A DNA stretch of 37,924 bases from positions 1-37,924 of IMG/VR virus record IMGVR_UViG_3300016467_000307. One strand, 5' to 3'. The translations under genes and the position numbers were made by a program. This document shows positions 1-8,988 of this stretch, piece after piece (within the stretch, counting starts at the first letter, position 1; each line of letters opens with the position of its first letter). Under the pieces are notes generated by a model, which worked only from the letters and a program-made list of their open reading frames with translations, was not told the origin of the DNA and ran no database searches. The DNA is from a virus (lineage: Duplodnaviria; Caudoviricetes).

Positions 1-1
1 A

Positions 2-538
2 ACAACAAGAATAACTTACGGAGCGGCATCTGGTGCAACTTTTGGAGCAAATGAAGTTTTAAGAATTGATGGAAATGCAAACGTTGGAACTGCAATAGGA
101 ATACCTTCTTCAGGAAATGTTGTAGGTGGATACTATTTTGCTGTAGGATCAAATTCTTATGCAGGATGTATAGAATATAATGGAACAACAAATGCGTTAT
201 CATTTAAGTCAAACAGCACAACTAATCTAACCATAGCCTCCACAGGTGCAGCGACGTTTGCTAGTACGGTAACAGCGAAGTCTAATTCAGGTACTGGTAC
301 TGGTTATGTTCCTGTAATATACAACGCAACTTTAAGCGGAAACGGAAGCACAACAGCATTTACAGTAACTCATAACTTTTCAAATCCTAAGCCTATAGTT
401 CAGGTGTGGCAAAAAGGATCTCCGTACTCACTTGTATATGCTGATATAGCTTCAAACGATACGGGAACAACAACAACGATCACATTTGCTACGGCTCCAG
501 CTTCTGGAACTGATTACTGGGTAACTGTACTAGGCTAA
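2..538 (+). CDS. Partial (5'-truncated) tail fibre/appendage protein
   Basis: Hand-translated open frame from nt 2 to TAA 536-538, not in the ORF track. G/S/T/N-rich, ends ...GNGSTTAFTVTHNFSNPKPIVQVW...ITFATAPASGTDYWVTVLG, a typical fibre beta module. Confidence 0.75.
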   Translation, partial: TTRITYGAASGATFGANEVLRIDGNANVGTAIGIPSSGNVVGGYYFAVGSNSYAGCIEYNGTTNALSFKSNSTTNLTIASTGAATFASTVTAKSNSGTGTGYVPVIYNATLSGNGSTTAFTVTHNFSNPKPIVQVWQKGSPYSLVYADIASNDTGTTTTITFATAPASGTDYWVTVLG

Positions 539-539
539 C

Positions 540-1070
540 ATGAATTTCCTCAACGTATCAGCATATTCAACAAGTTCTAACCAAACTAAGGTTCTTGTTC
601 TTGATGGGAACAACACTGTAAAGTCGCGCACTGCTGCTCAAATTCTTTCTGACGGAGGTGGTGGAACTGCTAGATCTGCAACGCTTACATTTGCTGATTC
701 AAAATCATGGACGCAGCAATTCCTTGTAAACGGAACAGACTTTTACGGTGGAAGCGCACTTGCTACAGGTGTAGTTCCTCTCAATCCAACAAACTACAGA
801 TTCAGTTTTTACAACATAAACGCTGACGCAACCGGATCTGAAACCGTTGGATTTTATTTGTATTATTCGACTGACAACTCTACTTGGACATCTACTGCAA
901 ATTTGCTACCAGCTAGAGCTGCTGACGTGAACAAACTCGTTTCAATAACTGGAACACTATCTATAAGTGGATCTCCTACTGCTGTGTACTTCAAGGTTGT
1001 TCAAGTGAACACGACTGGAGGAAATAGAAGTATTTGGGGAGGCATGATGAACGCAACATTCTGGAACTAA
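540..1070 (+). CDS. Fibre-associated structural protein
   Basis: 176 aa, S/T/G-rich beta-type sequence, coupled to the fibre gene. Confidence 0.55.
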   Translation: MNFLNVSAYSTSSNQTKVLVLDGNNTVKSRTAAQILSDGGGGTARSATLTFADSKSWTQQFLVNGTDFYGGSALATGVVPLNPTNYRFSFYNINADATGSETVGFYLYYSTDNSTWTSTANLLPARAADVNKLVSITGTLSISGSPTAVYFKVVQVNTTGGNRSIWGGMMNATFWN

Positions 1071-1071
1071 T

Positions 1072-1401
1072 ATGACTGCTAACTGGATAATCGAAACACT
1101 CTACGTCAAGCCTGCTGATGCTGGGCTAACAAACGTCGTCGTAACCGCTAACTGGCGCTGCAATGGCTCTCAGGGTCAATACGCTGGCACCTGCTACGGC
1201 TCTACGTCATTTGAAGCACCTGATCCTCAAGCGTTCACACCTTACAGTGATCTGACTCAAAACGACGTTCTAAACTGGGTATGGGACTCTGGCGTGGATA
1301 AGTCCGGTGTGGAAGCTAACGTGCAGCAACAGATTGACAACCAGATCAACCCGCCAATTATCAGCCCGCCCCTACCATGGGTGCAAACTACTGAAGTATG
1401 A
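1072..1401 (+). CDS. Conserved fibre-associated (assembly-type) protein
   Basis: W...VVxxANWRC...FTPYSDLT...WVW...PPLPW pattern common downstream of fibre genes in aquatic phages. Confidence 0.6.
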   Translation: MTANWIIETLYVKPADAGLTNVVVTANWRCNGSQGQYAGTCYGSTSFEAPDPQAFTPYSDLTQNDVLNWVWDSGVDKSGVEANVQQQIDNQINPPIISPPLPWVQTTEV

Positions 1402-1562
1402 CGATTGAATTAAACGAACAAGAAGCTAACGCGCTGCTGCAACTGATTGACTTGGCTGTTAAAAGTGGCGGTCTAAATGTTGCCCAAGCTGGAGTTGTTC
1501 TGGCTGCTAAGATTAGTGCTGCGTCAAAACCTCAACAACCTGAACCTGTTAAAAATGACTAA
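1398..1562 (+). CDS. Small hypothetical protein (54 aa)
   Basis: Hand-translated MTIELNEQEANALLQLIDLAVKSGGLNVAQAGVVLAAKI...; ATGA overlap with the upstream stop. Confidence 0.7.
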   Translation: MTIELNEQEANALLQLIDLAVKSGGLNVAQAGVVLAAKISAASKPQQPEPVKND

Positions 1563-1725
1563 AGATCAAGCACTTGGAATGTTGCGTCACTTGTTGACGT
1601 TTGGAGCTGGATTGCTCATTGCCAAAGGTAAGATTGATAACGAAACAGCAAACACAATCGTTGGTGGGATCATAGCTGCTGCTGGTGCTGGCTGGTCTTT
1701 CCATAAGAATAAATCCAACGAATGA
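1555..1725 (+). CDS. Putative 2-TM holin (Pam3 gp28-like)
   Basis: Likely start ATG 1555: MTKDQALGMLRHLLTFGAGLLIAKG...GAGWSFHKNK; two hydrophobic segments and a basic tail. Confidence 0.65.
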   Translation: MTKDQALGMLRHLLTFGAGLLIAKGKIDNETANTIVGGIIAAAGAGWSFHKNKSNE

Positions 1726-2015
1726 AAGCTGAACTCAAGGAACTCGGGGTCAATGTTGGGCTGTTGGTAGCTGGTTTTGCTGGTGCTTTGCTCAATGTTA
1801 GGCGTGATGGGCATGAAAACTGGTGGGCTACAATTGGATCTTTGTTGGCTGGCACATTGTCGGCTAACTATTTGACTCCAGTGGTAGTTGATCTGGCTAA
1901 GATTCAGGCTCCTAACACTCAATACGCTACAGCATTTGTCCTTGGGTTCCTTGGGTTACGTGGTGTTGAATGGGCTATTAACAAGTTTGGCATAAAGAAC
2001 GAAGAGAAAAAGTGA
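1722..2015 (+). CDS. Putative 3-TM holin
   Basis: 97 aa, three hydrophobic helices (AGFAGALL, GSLLAGTLSANYLTP, AFVLGFLG), charged C-terminus. Confidence 0.65.
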   Translation: MKAELKELGVNVGLLVAGFAGALLNVRRDGHENWWATIGSLLAGTLSANYLTPVVVDLAKIQAPNTQYATAFVLGFLGLRGVEWAINKFGIKNEEKK

Positions 2016-2377
2016 ACGCAATTACAGCCATCAATCTTGTTTGTAACGGAGTGCTTACGGCTTCGATGGTTGGGTTTTACATTCTACTGTTTAGGTCAGA
2101 CTCGGTTGTTCACAAGTGGCCTTTGATTGGTCATTGGCTTCTTAAATGTGGTCTTGTTCTCAGTGGATCTGGAGCTTTGTTTAACTGCCTAATTCTATCT
2201 ACTCCACCTATATCTGAGGTTGTCTTAAACGCTGGTCAGGCTTCTCTTTTTGCTTGGGCTGTCTACTTTCACCAAAACCTTCTAAAACATGGACCCAATA
2301 GGAAGCATAGCCAAAGGGATGTCTGGTGCTGTTCTGGACAAGTTGCAGGAGATTCTGGAAAGGGATCAAACCAGTGA
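2012..2377 (+). CDS. Membrane protein (about 3 TM), lysis cluster
   Basis: GTGA-coupled; hydrophobic segments; 3' end overlaps the next ORF. Confidence 0.6.
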   Translation: MNAITAINLVCNGVLTASMVGFYILLFRSDSVVHKWPLIGHWLLKCGLVLSGSGALFNCLILSTPPISEVVLNAGQASLFAWAVYFHQNLLKHGPNRKHSQRDVWCCSGQVAGDSGKGSNQ

Positions 2378-2501
2378 AGACTCACTCAAAGATGCAGCTC
2401 TTAAAAAGACTCTTTTGGCTACCATTGATGCTTCTGATTCTGGGATGCGGGACAAGCAGGGTGATTTACGTTCCTCACGGGGAGCCAGTCAGGTTAGCTG
2501 A
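2289..2501 (+). CDS. Possible inner spanin (Rz-like)
   Basis: 70 aa helical protein overlapping a downstream lipoprotein gene out of frame; N-terminal TM segment is weak. Confidence 0.35.
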   Translation: MDPIGSIAKGMSGAVLDKLQEILERDQTSEDSLKDAALKKTLLATIDASDSGMRDKQGDLRSSRGASQVS

Positions 2502-2604
2502 GTCTGTTAAAGCTAGGGTTTGGGTTAAGGACTCAACTGGCAAGATTGTCAGGTCTAACAACAAAATCATAATCCCAGAAGGCTGGTACGCATTGCCTAA
2601 ATGA
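2392..2604 (+). CDS. Lipoprotein, o-spanin (Rz1)-like
   Basis: Likely start ATG 2392: MQLLKRLFWLPLMLLILG-C signal peptide II and lipobox. Confidence 0.6.
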   Translation: MQLLKRLFWLPLMLLILGCGTSRVIYVPHGEPVRLAESVKARVWVKDSTGKIVRSNNKIIIPEGWYALPK

Positions 2605-3524
2605 AAACTGTTACTTACGACTATGTATTGCAAAAAGCCTGTGAGTTGACAGGACGTGTATTTACCAGCTTAACCACTGAGGAGGCTACGTTCTTCAAGA
2701 CGTTTATTGGAACTGCTTTACGCCAGGCTTGGGAAGCTTTTGATTGGCCTGAACAAACTGTCATTCAACAAGAGTTCTTTGCTCCAACTTACTCAAACGC
2801 AACTGTCTATTATTCTGGTGATTATGTTTATTTCCCAACTGAGCAAAAGTACTATCAGTATGTTCAACCTGTAGCTAATTCAGGCAATGCTCCTACAACT
2901 GGCGGTCCTAATGGCACTTTGAACTGGGAATTTTGGGCTGAGGCTATCTCTTCAATCTCAACGACTTCTAGTGGCAATTACGACGCAACAGTGACCTATT
3001 CTGGAGGTGACATCATACTCTATCCAGTAACTCAGAAATACTATCAGCTTATCCAATCAACCGCAACTGGTGTTGATCCAACTAATTCATCGTATTGGAC
3101 TGAGCTGGTTCCATTCTTTAGGCACGTTAATCAGCAGTTGAATCCAGACGGCACTACTAGGTCTCAAGAAATTGGCGAGATATTTGCGGTTTGGTCTCAA
3201 GATCCTAGGGCTAAATGGCAGCAGACTAAGATTCCATACTCTTTTGATGATGAGGGTATGTTTATTGAAGGTTCTTATCCATTTGTTTACATCCAGTATC
3301 GCAAGGTTCCGCCTGTTTACACTTCAAGCACTGTAGCCACTATTCCATATAGGTTTGCTGATATTTGCGCTTATAGGGCTGCTGGTCAGATGTTGAGAGT
3401 GGATGGAAAGGTTGATCTGGGTAACGAGTTTTTGCTTCTTGGAGACAACGCTTTGACTGATGAGATAGATAAGGTTGCTAGACAAGAGATGCAAACCCGT
3501 CAAATCATAGTGCTAGGACGCTAA
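2601..3524 (+). CDS. Head-tail adaptor (tail tubular protein A-like) with inserted aromatic repeats
   Basis: Immediately upstream of the nozzle gene; helical N-terminus (W-x-F-D-W-P) and C-terminal IPYRFAD motif. Confidence 0.6.
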   Translation: MKTVTYDYVLQKACELTGRVFTSLTTEEATFFKTFIGTALRQAWEAFDWPEQTVIQQEFFAPTYSNATVYYSGDYVYFPTEQKYYQYVQPVANSGNAPTTGGPNGTLNWEFWAEAISSISTTSSGNYDATVTYSGGDIILYPVTQKYYQLIQSTATGVDPTNSSYWTELVPFFRHVNQQLNPDGTTRSQEIGEIFAVWSQDPRAKWQQTKIPYSFDDEGMFIEGSYPFVYIQYRKVPPVYTSSTVATIPYRFADICAYRAAGQMLRVDGKVDLGNEFLLLGDNALTDEIDKVARQEMQTRQIIVLGR

Positions 3525-6301
3525 TGCCAGACATCCCACAGCTTCACGATATAGACGATGGGTTCATGGGTGTTAATTCTCGCCTAGATCCAGGTCGTGT
3601 TCCTAAGGGTTATGTTTGTGAGGCTGTTAATAGGACATTTGAGAATCAGATCATCAAGAATCGCTGGGGAGTAGTTCAGCCTAAGTGGGGTGGTCTTTGG
3701 ACGTATGAGACTCGCACTGGAAATGTAACTACTGGATCTAGTTCTGTTGGTGGTTTTAGCGGGCCAGTTCCTATAAACACTATATTGGCTTGTGATACTA
3801 GTGCTAATAACGAATTGGTGTTTAAGTCTGGAACTAGGTTACTGAGCCAATCACTGGATAATACCAACTGCGTAATGTCTACTGAGGCTTACAGCTTTAC
3901 TGGTTCAAATCCAAAGACATTTAAGTATTACGCATCCACTTCTAGCATTGTTAATATAGTAGGAATAATGACCTACAGAGATGAGGTTACTGGCAAGCAA
4001 GGGCTTCTGGTGGCTTCTAACACGTCTAGGTCGTCAGATGGTGGTCAAGGTAAGGTTTATCTCCTGCGTCCTAATCAATCTCACTTAGAGGTATCACTGC
4101 ATGGGCATGACTTCTATGACGAGGTTAAGTTTGTTCAGTGTGGTAATGGTGTGGTTCTGATGCGTCCAGGGGCTGCTAGGTACTATTTCAAAGGATCTTC
4201 AGTCAACTACAGCACTAGCAAGATAACACTCAACGTAACTCCAGACCTTCAGACAGGCGACAGAATCATTGTTGGTGTTATTGGATCTTCTCAGAATCTG
4301 TGGACTAAAAGCAGTTCGATTCCAAGTGGTCAGGGCTATGGGTTGTTTGTTAATGTGGTTGGTCAATCTATAAGCCTTCATTTGACTCAAGGTGACGCCA
4401 TAGCCAATGCCAACGCTTTAACGTTATCTTCAACTCTAACATCCACTGATAGGTACTATTTTGAGCTTCAGAACACGATTACAGGCAATGACATCACTCA
4501 GGGTTTAGAGAGTTTTCAGAACGATGGGTTGCCTCTAATAATGCAGTCTAGCTATGACACTGTTACCAGCAAGCAAGTCACGGCTTTGGACAATGGTTTT
4601 AATCGTATTCCTAGTGTTAGCTCTATAATCAGTGCTAGTGCTTCAAATGATACAATAACAGTACCTAATCATAATTTTGTAGCTGGAGATCAAGTAACTA
4701 TTAGCAATGTAACAGGCATTACAGGTGTTAGTAGCGGTAACTATTATGTATATCCAGTAGACAACAATACTCTTAAGTTATTTACAGGAGACACTGCTGA
4801 TACTGATTCACTTAATGATGCAACTGTAGCTGCTGGAACTGTAGTTAAGAATGGTAGTAATCAAATAGCGTCAATAACTATAACGAATCAGGGTGCTGGG
4901 TATCTAACGGCTCCAACTATAACTATAATCGACGGTGGTGGAACTAGCGCAACTGCATCTGCAACTATAACTGATGGCAAAGTAACAAGTGTATCAATTA
5001 CAAACGCTGGATCTGGATATACTGGTACTCCAACTTGCACATTTTCATCTCCATCGACATTAGTAAATATCACTGCTGTAACTAGTCCTGCTGGAACAAT
5101 TAAGAAGTATGGTGCTAGTGGAGCTAATGTCCCTGCTGGTCGTACTGGTCTGTATTTCCAGAATAGATTGCTGATGGTCTATGGTAACGATTACTTGGCT
5201 GTCAGTGATGTTTTAGATCCGCTGCATTACTTAGCACTTACCAACGAGTTCAAACTCAATACAGGAACTAACGACCGTGTTGTAGCAATCTATCCGTTTA
5301 ACGCGACTACTTTAGTTGTTTTCAAGGAAAGGTCAGTGCTGGCTATTGAGAATCTTTACGGTGATCTAAGTTCTACGCGGCTGATGGAGGTTACACGTGA
5401 GTTTGGTTGCGTTGCTCCTAATAGCATTGTTGGAACAGGCTCAGACATCATCTTTTTGAGTCAACGTGGTGTGGTTAGCATGAGGCAAACGGATTACGGC
5501 ACTACTCAGTCTGTTGTCGTTCCAATGTCTGATGATGTTCAGAATCTAATCTCTGAGATTGACCAGGGATACTGGAGTGGTGCTTGTGCTTCTTATTTTG
5601 ATAACAGATACATTTTGTCTACTCCGGTTGAAGGCGTTGGATCAACTAACACTAGAACTATTGTATTCAACTTCTTAAACAAGTCTTGGGAAGGATATTG
5701 GGAAGGTAATCTGCTTATTCCTAAGTATTATGAGCGTCTTGTTATAGCTGGTAACGAGTATTTGATATTCGCTGACAATTCTAACTATATACATTACTAC
5801 GATAAAGAGGCTTTGTGTGATAGAAAGATGGATGGAACTGAGTATCAAATCTCAACAAGCCTTACTTTTAGAGGATACCAAGCTGGATCTACTGAGCATA
5901 AGCAATGGACTGATCTAAAGTTTGAGTTTAACACGTGGAATCCAAGCTACAGCATTAGCACTATATTTGAAGGTGTTAGTGAAGAGTTTGTGTATGCTAC
6001 TAATGTTACTAAAGACAGAACTAAGTACTACACTTACGGCGTTTCTGATTATGTAACTACAAATAGCAATAATGACTTTCTAGTAAGGTATCGCCAGGAC
6101 TACAGCACTAAGCCTGTATTGGTCTCAGGAAGTAACGGTTTCAAAGCTGGGCTACACCAAGGGTTCATGCATAAAGTGCGTCTTAAAGGTCATTGCGCTA
6201 CATTACAACCTGTTCTTGAAACGAGCCAAGGCAGCGTCATTGTGATTTCGTCAATGGTATCAGGATTACCTTATCGCTTGTACGGTAGAAACGATTCTTA
6301 A
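3524..6301 (+). CDS. Tail nozzle / P22 gp10-like (tubular protein B) with accessory domains
   Basis: 925 aa; DDGFMGVNSR N-terminus, beta-propeller-type motifs (FQNRL, LVVFKERS, FGCVAPNSI, FLSQRG). Confidence 0.75.
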   Translation: MPDIPQLHDIDDGFMGVNSRLDPGRVPKGYVCEAVNRTFENQIIKNRWGVVQPKWGGLWTYETRTGNVTTGSSSVGGFSGPVPINTILACDTSANNELVFKSGTRLLSQSLDNTNCVMSTEAYSFTGSNPKTFKYYASTSSIVNIVGIMTYRDEVTGKQGLLVASNTSRSSDGGQGKVYLLRPNQSHLEVSLHGHDFYDEVKFVQCGNGVVLMRPGAARYYFKGSSVNYSTSKITLNVTPDLQTGDRIIVGVIGSSQNLWTKSSSIPSGQGYGLFVNVVGQSISLHLTQGDAIANANALTLSSTLTSTDRYYFELQNTITGNDITQGLESFQNDGLPLIMQSSYDTVTSKQVTALDNGFNRIPSVSSIISASASNDTITVPNHNFVAGDQVTISNVTGITGVSSGNYYVYPVDNNTLKLFTGDTADTDSLNDATVAAGTVVKNGSNQIASITITNQGAGYLTAPTITIIDGGGTSATASATITDGKVTSVSITNAGSGYTGTPTCTFSSPSTLVNITAVTSPAGTIKKYGASGANVPAGRTGLYFQNRLLMVYGNDYLAVSDVLDPLHYLALTNEFKLNTGTNDRVVAIYPFNATTLVVFKERSVLAIENLYGDLSSTRLMEVTREFGCVAPNSIVGTGSDIIFLSQRGVVSMRQTDYGTTQSVVVPMSDDVQNLISEIDQGYWSGACASYFDNRYILSTPVEGVGSTNTRTIVFNFLNKSWEGYWEGNLLIPKYYERLVIAGNEYLIFADNSNYIHYYDKEALCDRKMDGTEYQISTSLTFRGYQAGSTEHKQWTDLKFEFNTWNPSYSISTIFEGVSEEFVYATNVTKDRTKYYTYGVSDYVTTNSNNDFLVRYRQDYSTKPVLVSGSNGFKAGLHQGFMHKVRLKGHCATLQPVLETSQGSVIVISSMVSGLPYRLYGRNDS

Positions 6302-6305
6302 ACAT

Positions 6306-7139
6306 ATGCCACTCTTCGTAACTGTAACCCCAGGAACAACTGTAACCAGTAACACTACACTGGACGCATCTACTTTGAATCTTCTTGGTACTCCTAGCGT
6401 GGATGTTACCGGGTCTGTTGATGGTGGATCTCTTACTCTTGGGTCAAACTCTGTATCTACTTCATCAATTCAAAATGAGGCTGTTACTGAGGGCAAAATA
6501 GCTTCTGGCGCTGTTACTGAGGCTAAGATTGGAACTGGTGCGGTAACTGAGGGTAAGATTGGTTCTGGGGCTGTAACAACGGCTAAACTTGGAGACGCAT
6601 CTAGCACTACTAATGGTGTTACTTTTGGAAAGATTAGGCAGATTGCAACCAACTCAATTCTAGGACGTGTAACTGCAAGCACTGGATCTATTGAGGTTGT
6701 AAACATTGGCGCTGGACTAAGTACTACAAGAAACCTTGGCGATATTAGTGCTACTTCGTTGGTTAAAAAGAATATCGGCGGAACACTAGCAAGCGTTGAT
6801 ACTATTACATATTTTACCAGTAACGATCTTACTATACCTACAGACGCAGGACATTCGGTGGGATTAACCATTGGATCTTCACCTGCTAGTTTCAATTGCT
6901 ACTTCAAATGCACTACCGCTGAAAATGGATATGGTATTGGAGATATAGTTGCATATAAGGATGTATTTGGAAGCAATGGAAGGTCTGATATTTACTCTCT
7001 ATACGCTACTGCTGGAACTGTTAAGCTGCTTAAAACAAATCAGACCACTTTATATATAACAAATACAAGCACTGGAGCTAATGGAACTTTTACTCCTGCA
7101 AACTGGAAAGCCATCATTACCGCGACAACAATTACCTAA
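6306..7139 (+). CDS. Tail needle/fibre protein with AVTxxKI repeats
   Basis: Follows the nozzle gene; decapeptide repeats; beta-rich C-terminus. Confidence 0.6.
   Translation: MPLFVTVTPGTTVTSNTTLDASTLNLLGTPSVDVTGSVDGGSLTLGSNSVSTSSIQNEAVTEGKIASGAVTEAKIGTGAVTEGKIGSGAVTTAKLGDASSTTNGVTFGKIRQIATNSILGRVTASTGSIEVVNIGAGLSTTRNLGDISATSLVKKNIGGTLASVDTITYFTSNDLTIPTDAGHSVGLTIGSSPASFNCYFKCTTAENGYGIGDIVAYKDVFGSNGRSDIYSLYATAGTVKLLKTNQTTLYITNTSTGANGTFTPANWKAIITATTIT
6480..6599 (+). repeat. 4 x 30-bp coding repeat (AVTEGKIASG-type)
   Basis: AVTEGKIASG/AVTEAKIGTG/AVTEGKIGSG/AVTTAKLGDA. Confidence 0.85.
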
Positions 7140-7570
7140 TGGTTCAGAAGATTACAGACTACTTTAAGCTTAAGCTGCCTGACCAGTTTGTCGGGTGGAC
7201 TAGAGAAGCTTTAGAGGATTACGTAATCTTTCATCTTAACCAAAACACGCTGAAGGTAGCTGTAGACGAGCATGATAATGTTGCAGGTGTTGTTGTTGGT
7301 TGGCGCACTAAAGATAAGGAACTAAAACCTTGGACGTGGCAGAAGTCTGATAATAACGGTATGTTTTGGTACTGGGATCAGATGGCAGGTGATAGTCCTA
7401 TAGCTGTAATGGCTTGTTGCGCTGCTATGTTTTTTCAGTTTCCAGAGTCTGCCGTACTACCTGCTTTTGGGGTCAGAAACGGTAAACTACGTGACATTCA
7501 GATAGGAATTAAGTTATACAAGAAAGGACAGGAACTTTATGGGAGCAACAGTACAAGCACCGGCACCTAG
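7139..7570 (+). CDS. Putative GNAT-fold virion assembly protein (T7 gp13/P22 gp14 position)
   Basis: 143 aa, directly before the first ejection protein; alpha/beta pattern (VAVDEHDNVAGVVVGW, FWYWDQM); fold inferred mainly from synteny. Confidence 0.45.
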   Translation: MVQKITDYFKLKLPDQFVGWTREALEDYVIFHLNQNTLKVAVDEHDNVAGVVVGWRTKDKELKPWTWQKSDNNGMFWYWDQMAGDSPIAVMACCAAMFFQFPESAVLPAFGVRNGKLRDIQIGIKLYKKGQELYGSNSTSTGT

Positions 7571-8324
7571 AGATTACGGATCAGAAACACGCCAAACACT
7601 TGAAGCTCAGATTGCGTTAGCACCAGAAAAGTACGCCGCTGAAGCCAAGTTTGCTCCGTTATATCAGCAGTTACAGTTGGGTTTGGCTAAGTCTGCTGCA
7701 CCTGAGTTGATGGGGTTGTACAAGCAATACGCTCCTGAATTGGCTCAAGCTGAAGCTGCTACACGTAGTATTACCAGAGGTGCTGAGATTGCTGATATTG
7801 CGGCGCTTGGTCCTAAGGCTAGGGAGGCTATGAGGGCTGCGTCTCCTGAACAGGCTGCGTTGGCTGATACTCTTACTAGACAGGCTCAGAGTGGTTTAGC
7901 TGCTGGATCTCAGTTGACCCCATTAGAATCTCGTCAGGCTCAGCAAAGTGTACGTCAGGCTCAAGCTGCTAGGGGTTTGGCTCAAGGCCCAAGCTCAGTC
8001 TTGCAAGAAGCAGCACTTCAACAACAACTCGGCTCTACACTTCAGCGTCAACGTCAACAACAAGCTATGGGTGCCTTGGGAGCTTCTCAGGGTGTTTATG
8101 GTGATGTGTTTCAACAGGTTTTAGGTCGTCCTTCTCAGGCGTTTGGTATGACTGCTGGATTTACTGGTCAAGCTGGTGGTTTTAACCCTGGTCAATTATT
8201 CAATCCTGAGAGTCAATACGCTGGAGACATCTTTAACCAGAATATGCAAACCCAGTTGGCGGCTAGAACTGCTAGTGCAGCTAATGTTTCTGGAATGATC
8301 TCTGGAGGGTTATCTGCTTTATGA
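7539..8324 (+). CDS. DNA ejection/pilot protein
   Basis: Starts MG; A/Q/G-rich helical; AARGL motif; G-rich hydrophobic C-terminus. Confidence 0.7.
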   Translation: MGATVQAPAPRDYGSETRQTLEAQIALAPEKYAAEAKFAPLYQQLQLGLAKSAAPELMGLYKQYAPELAQAEAATRSITRGAEIADIAALGPKAREAMRAASPEQAALADTLTRQAQSGLAAGSQLTPLESRQAQQSVRQAQAARGLAQGPSSVLQEAALQQQLGSTLQRQRQQQAMGALGASQGVYGDVFQQVLGRPSQAFGMTAGFTGQAGGFNPGQLFNPESQYAGDIFNQNMQTQLAARTASAANVSGMISGGLSAL

Positions 8325-8659
8325 ACTACGGTTACGGTTACAATCCATATCGGCCACAGCAACAATCTCCAATGTACAGCCCTAGTTCTTCTGGGTTTGT
8401 TGGAATGGGTCGTCAGGCTGGAGGTGGTTTAAGAGATGCGTATGCGTTTTCTCAGGCACAAGACGATTTCCAGTTGAAGCTTGATGATTTAAGGCGTCAG
8501 GGAATGTCTGAGATGGAGATAGACAAATACGCTGCTGAAAATGCACCTGGATTCATGTCAAACCCTAGAGGCTATCTAATCAACAAGGCTGGTGAAGGAA
8601 TCATGGAAGGTGCAAGTAAGGTTGGTGGAGCGTTAAAAGGTCTTGGATCGTCTCTGTGA
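8321..8659 (+). CDS. Small ejection-module protein
   Basis: G/Q/M/Y-rich, amphipathic G-rich C-terminus, ATGA-coupled. Confidence 0.5.
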   Translation: MNYGYGYNPYRPQQQSPMYSPSSSGFVGMGRQAGGGLRDAYAFSQAQDDFQLKLDDLRRQGMSEMEIDKYAAENAPGFMSNPRGYLINKAGEGIMEGASKVGGALKGLGSSL

Positions 8660-8988
8660 TAACCAGGTTCCAGCGTTGCGTTGGGATTAAGCTGTTCCGA
8701 TTCAACACTTGGCAGCTAGAGATATGGGTTTGTCCTAAGAATGAGGTTATACCGCTTCATTATCATGCTCATTGCGACAGTCGAATTATCCACTTGTTTG
8801 GCGAGGTAACTTGGCGTTTGGTCAACAAGACTAAAACTTTGAAGTGGTTTAACATTGGCTGGAATAGGGTCGTTAAGTCTGGTGTTTATCATGGCGCAAC
8901 TGTTCATACTAGATTTGGTATATTTGCTAACTTAGAGCATTGGAAAACTAAGCCAACTAGTGCTGGAACAGACTTTGTATATGGATGA
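8656..8988 (+). CDS. Cupin-fold protein
   Basis: IPLHYHAHCDSRIIHLFGEV (motif 1) and VKSGVYHGA (motif 2). Confidence 0.7.
   Translation: MITRFQRCVGIKLFRFNTWQLEIWVCPKNEVIPLHYHAHCDSRIIHLFGEVTWRLVNKTKTLKWFNIGWNRVVKSGVYHGATVHTRFGIFANLEHWKTKPTSAGTDFVYG

Noticed and set aside
1477-1554. N-terminal extension of the holin from the ORF track
   Set aside because: Overlaps the 1398-1562 gene; ATG 1555 gives a clean holin
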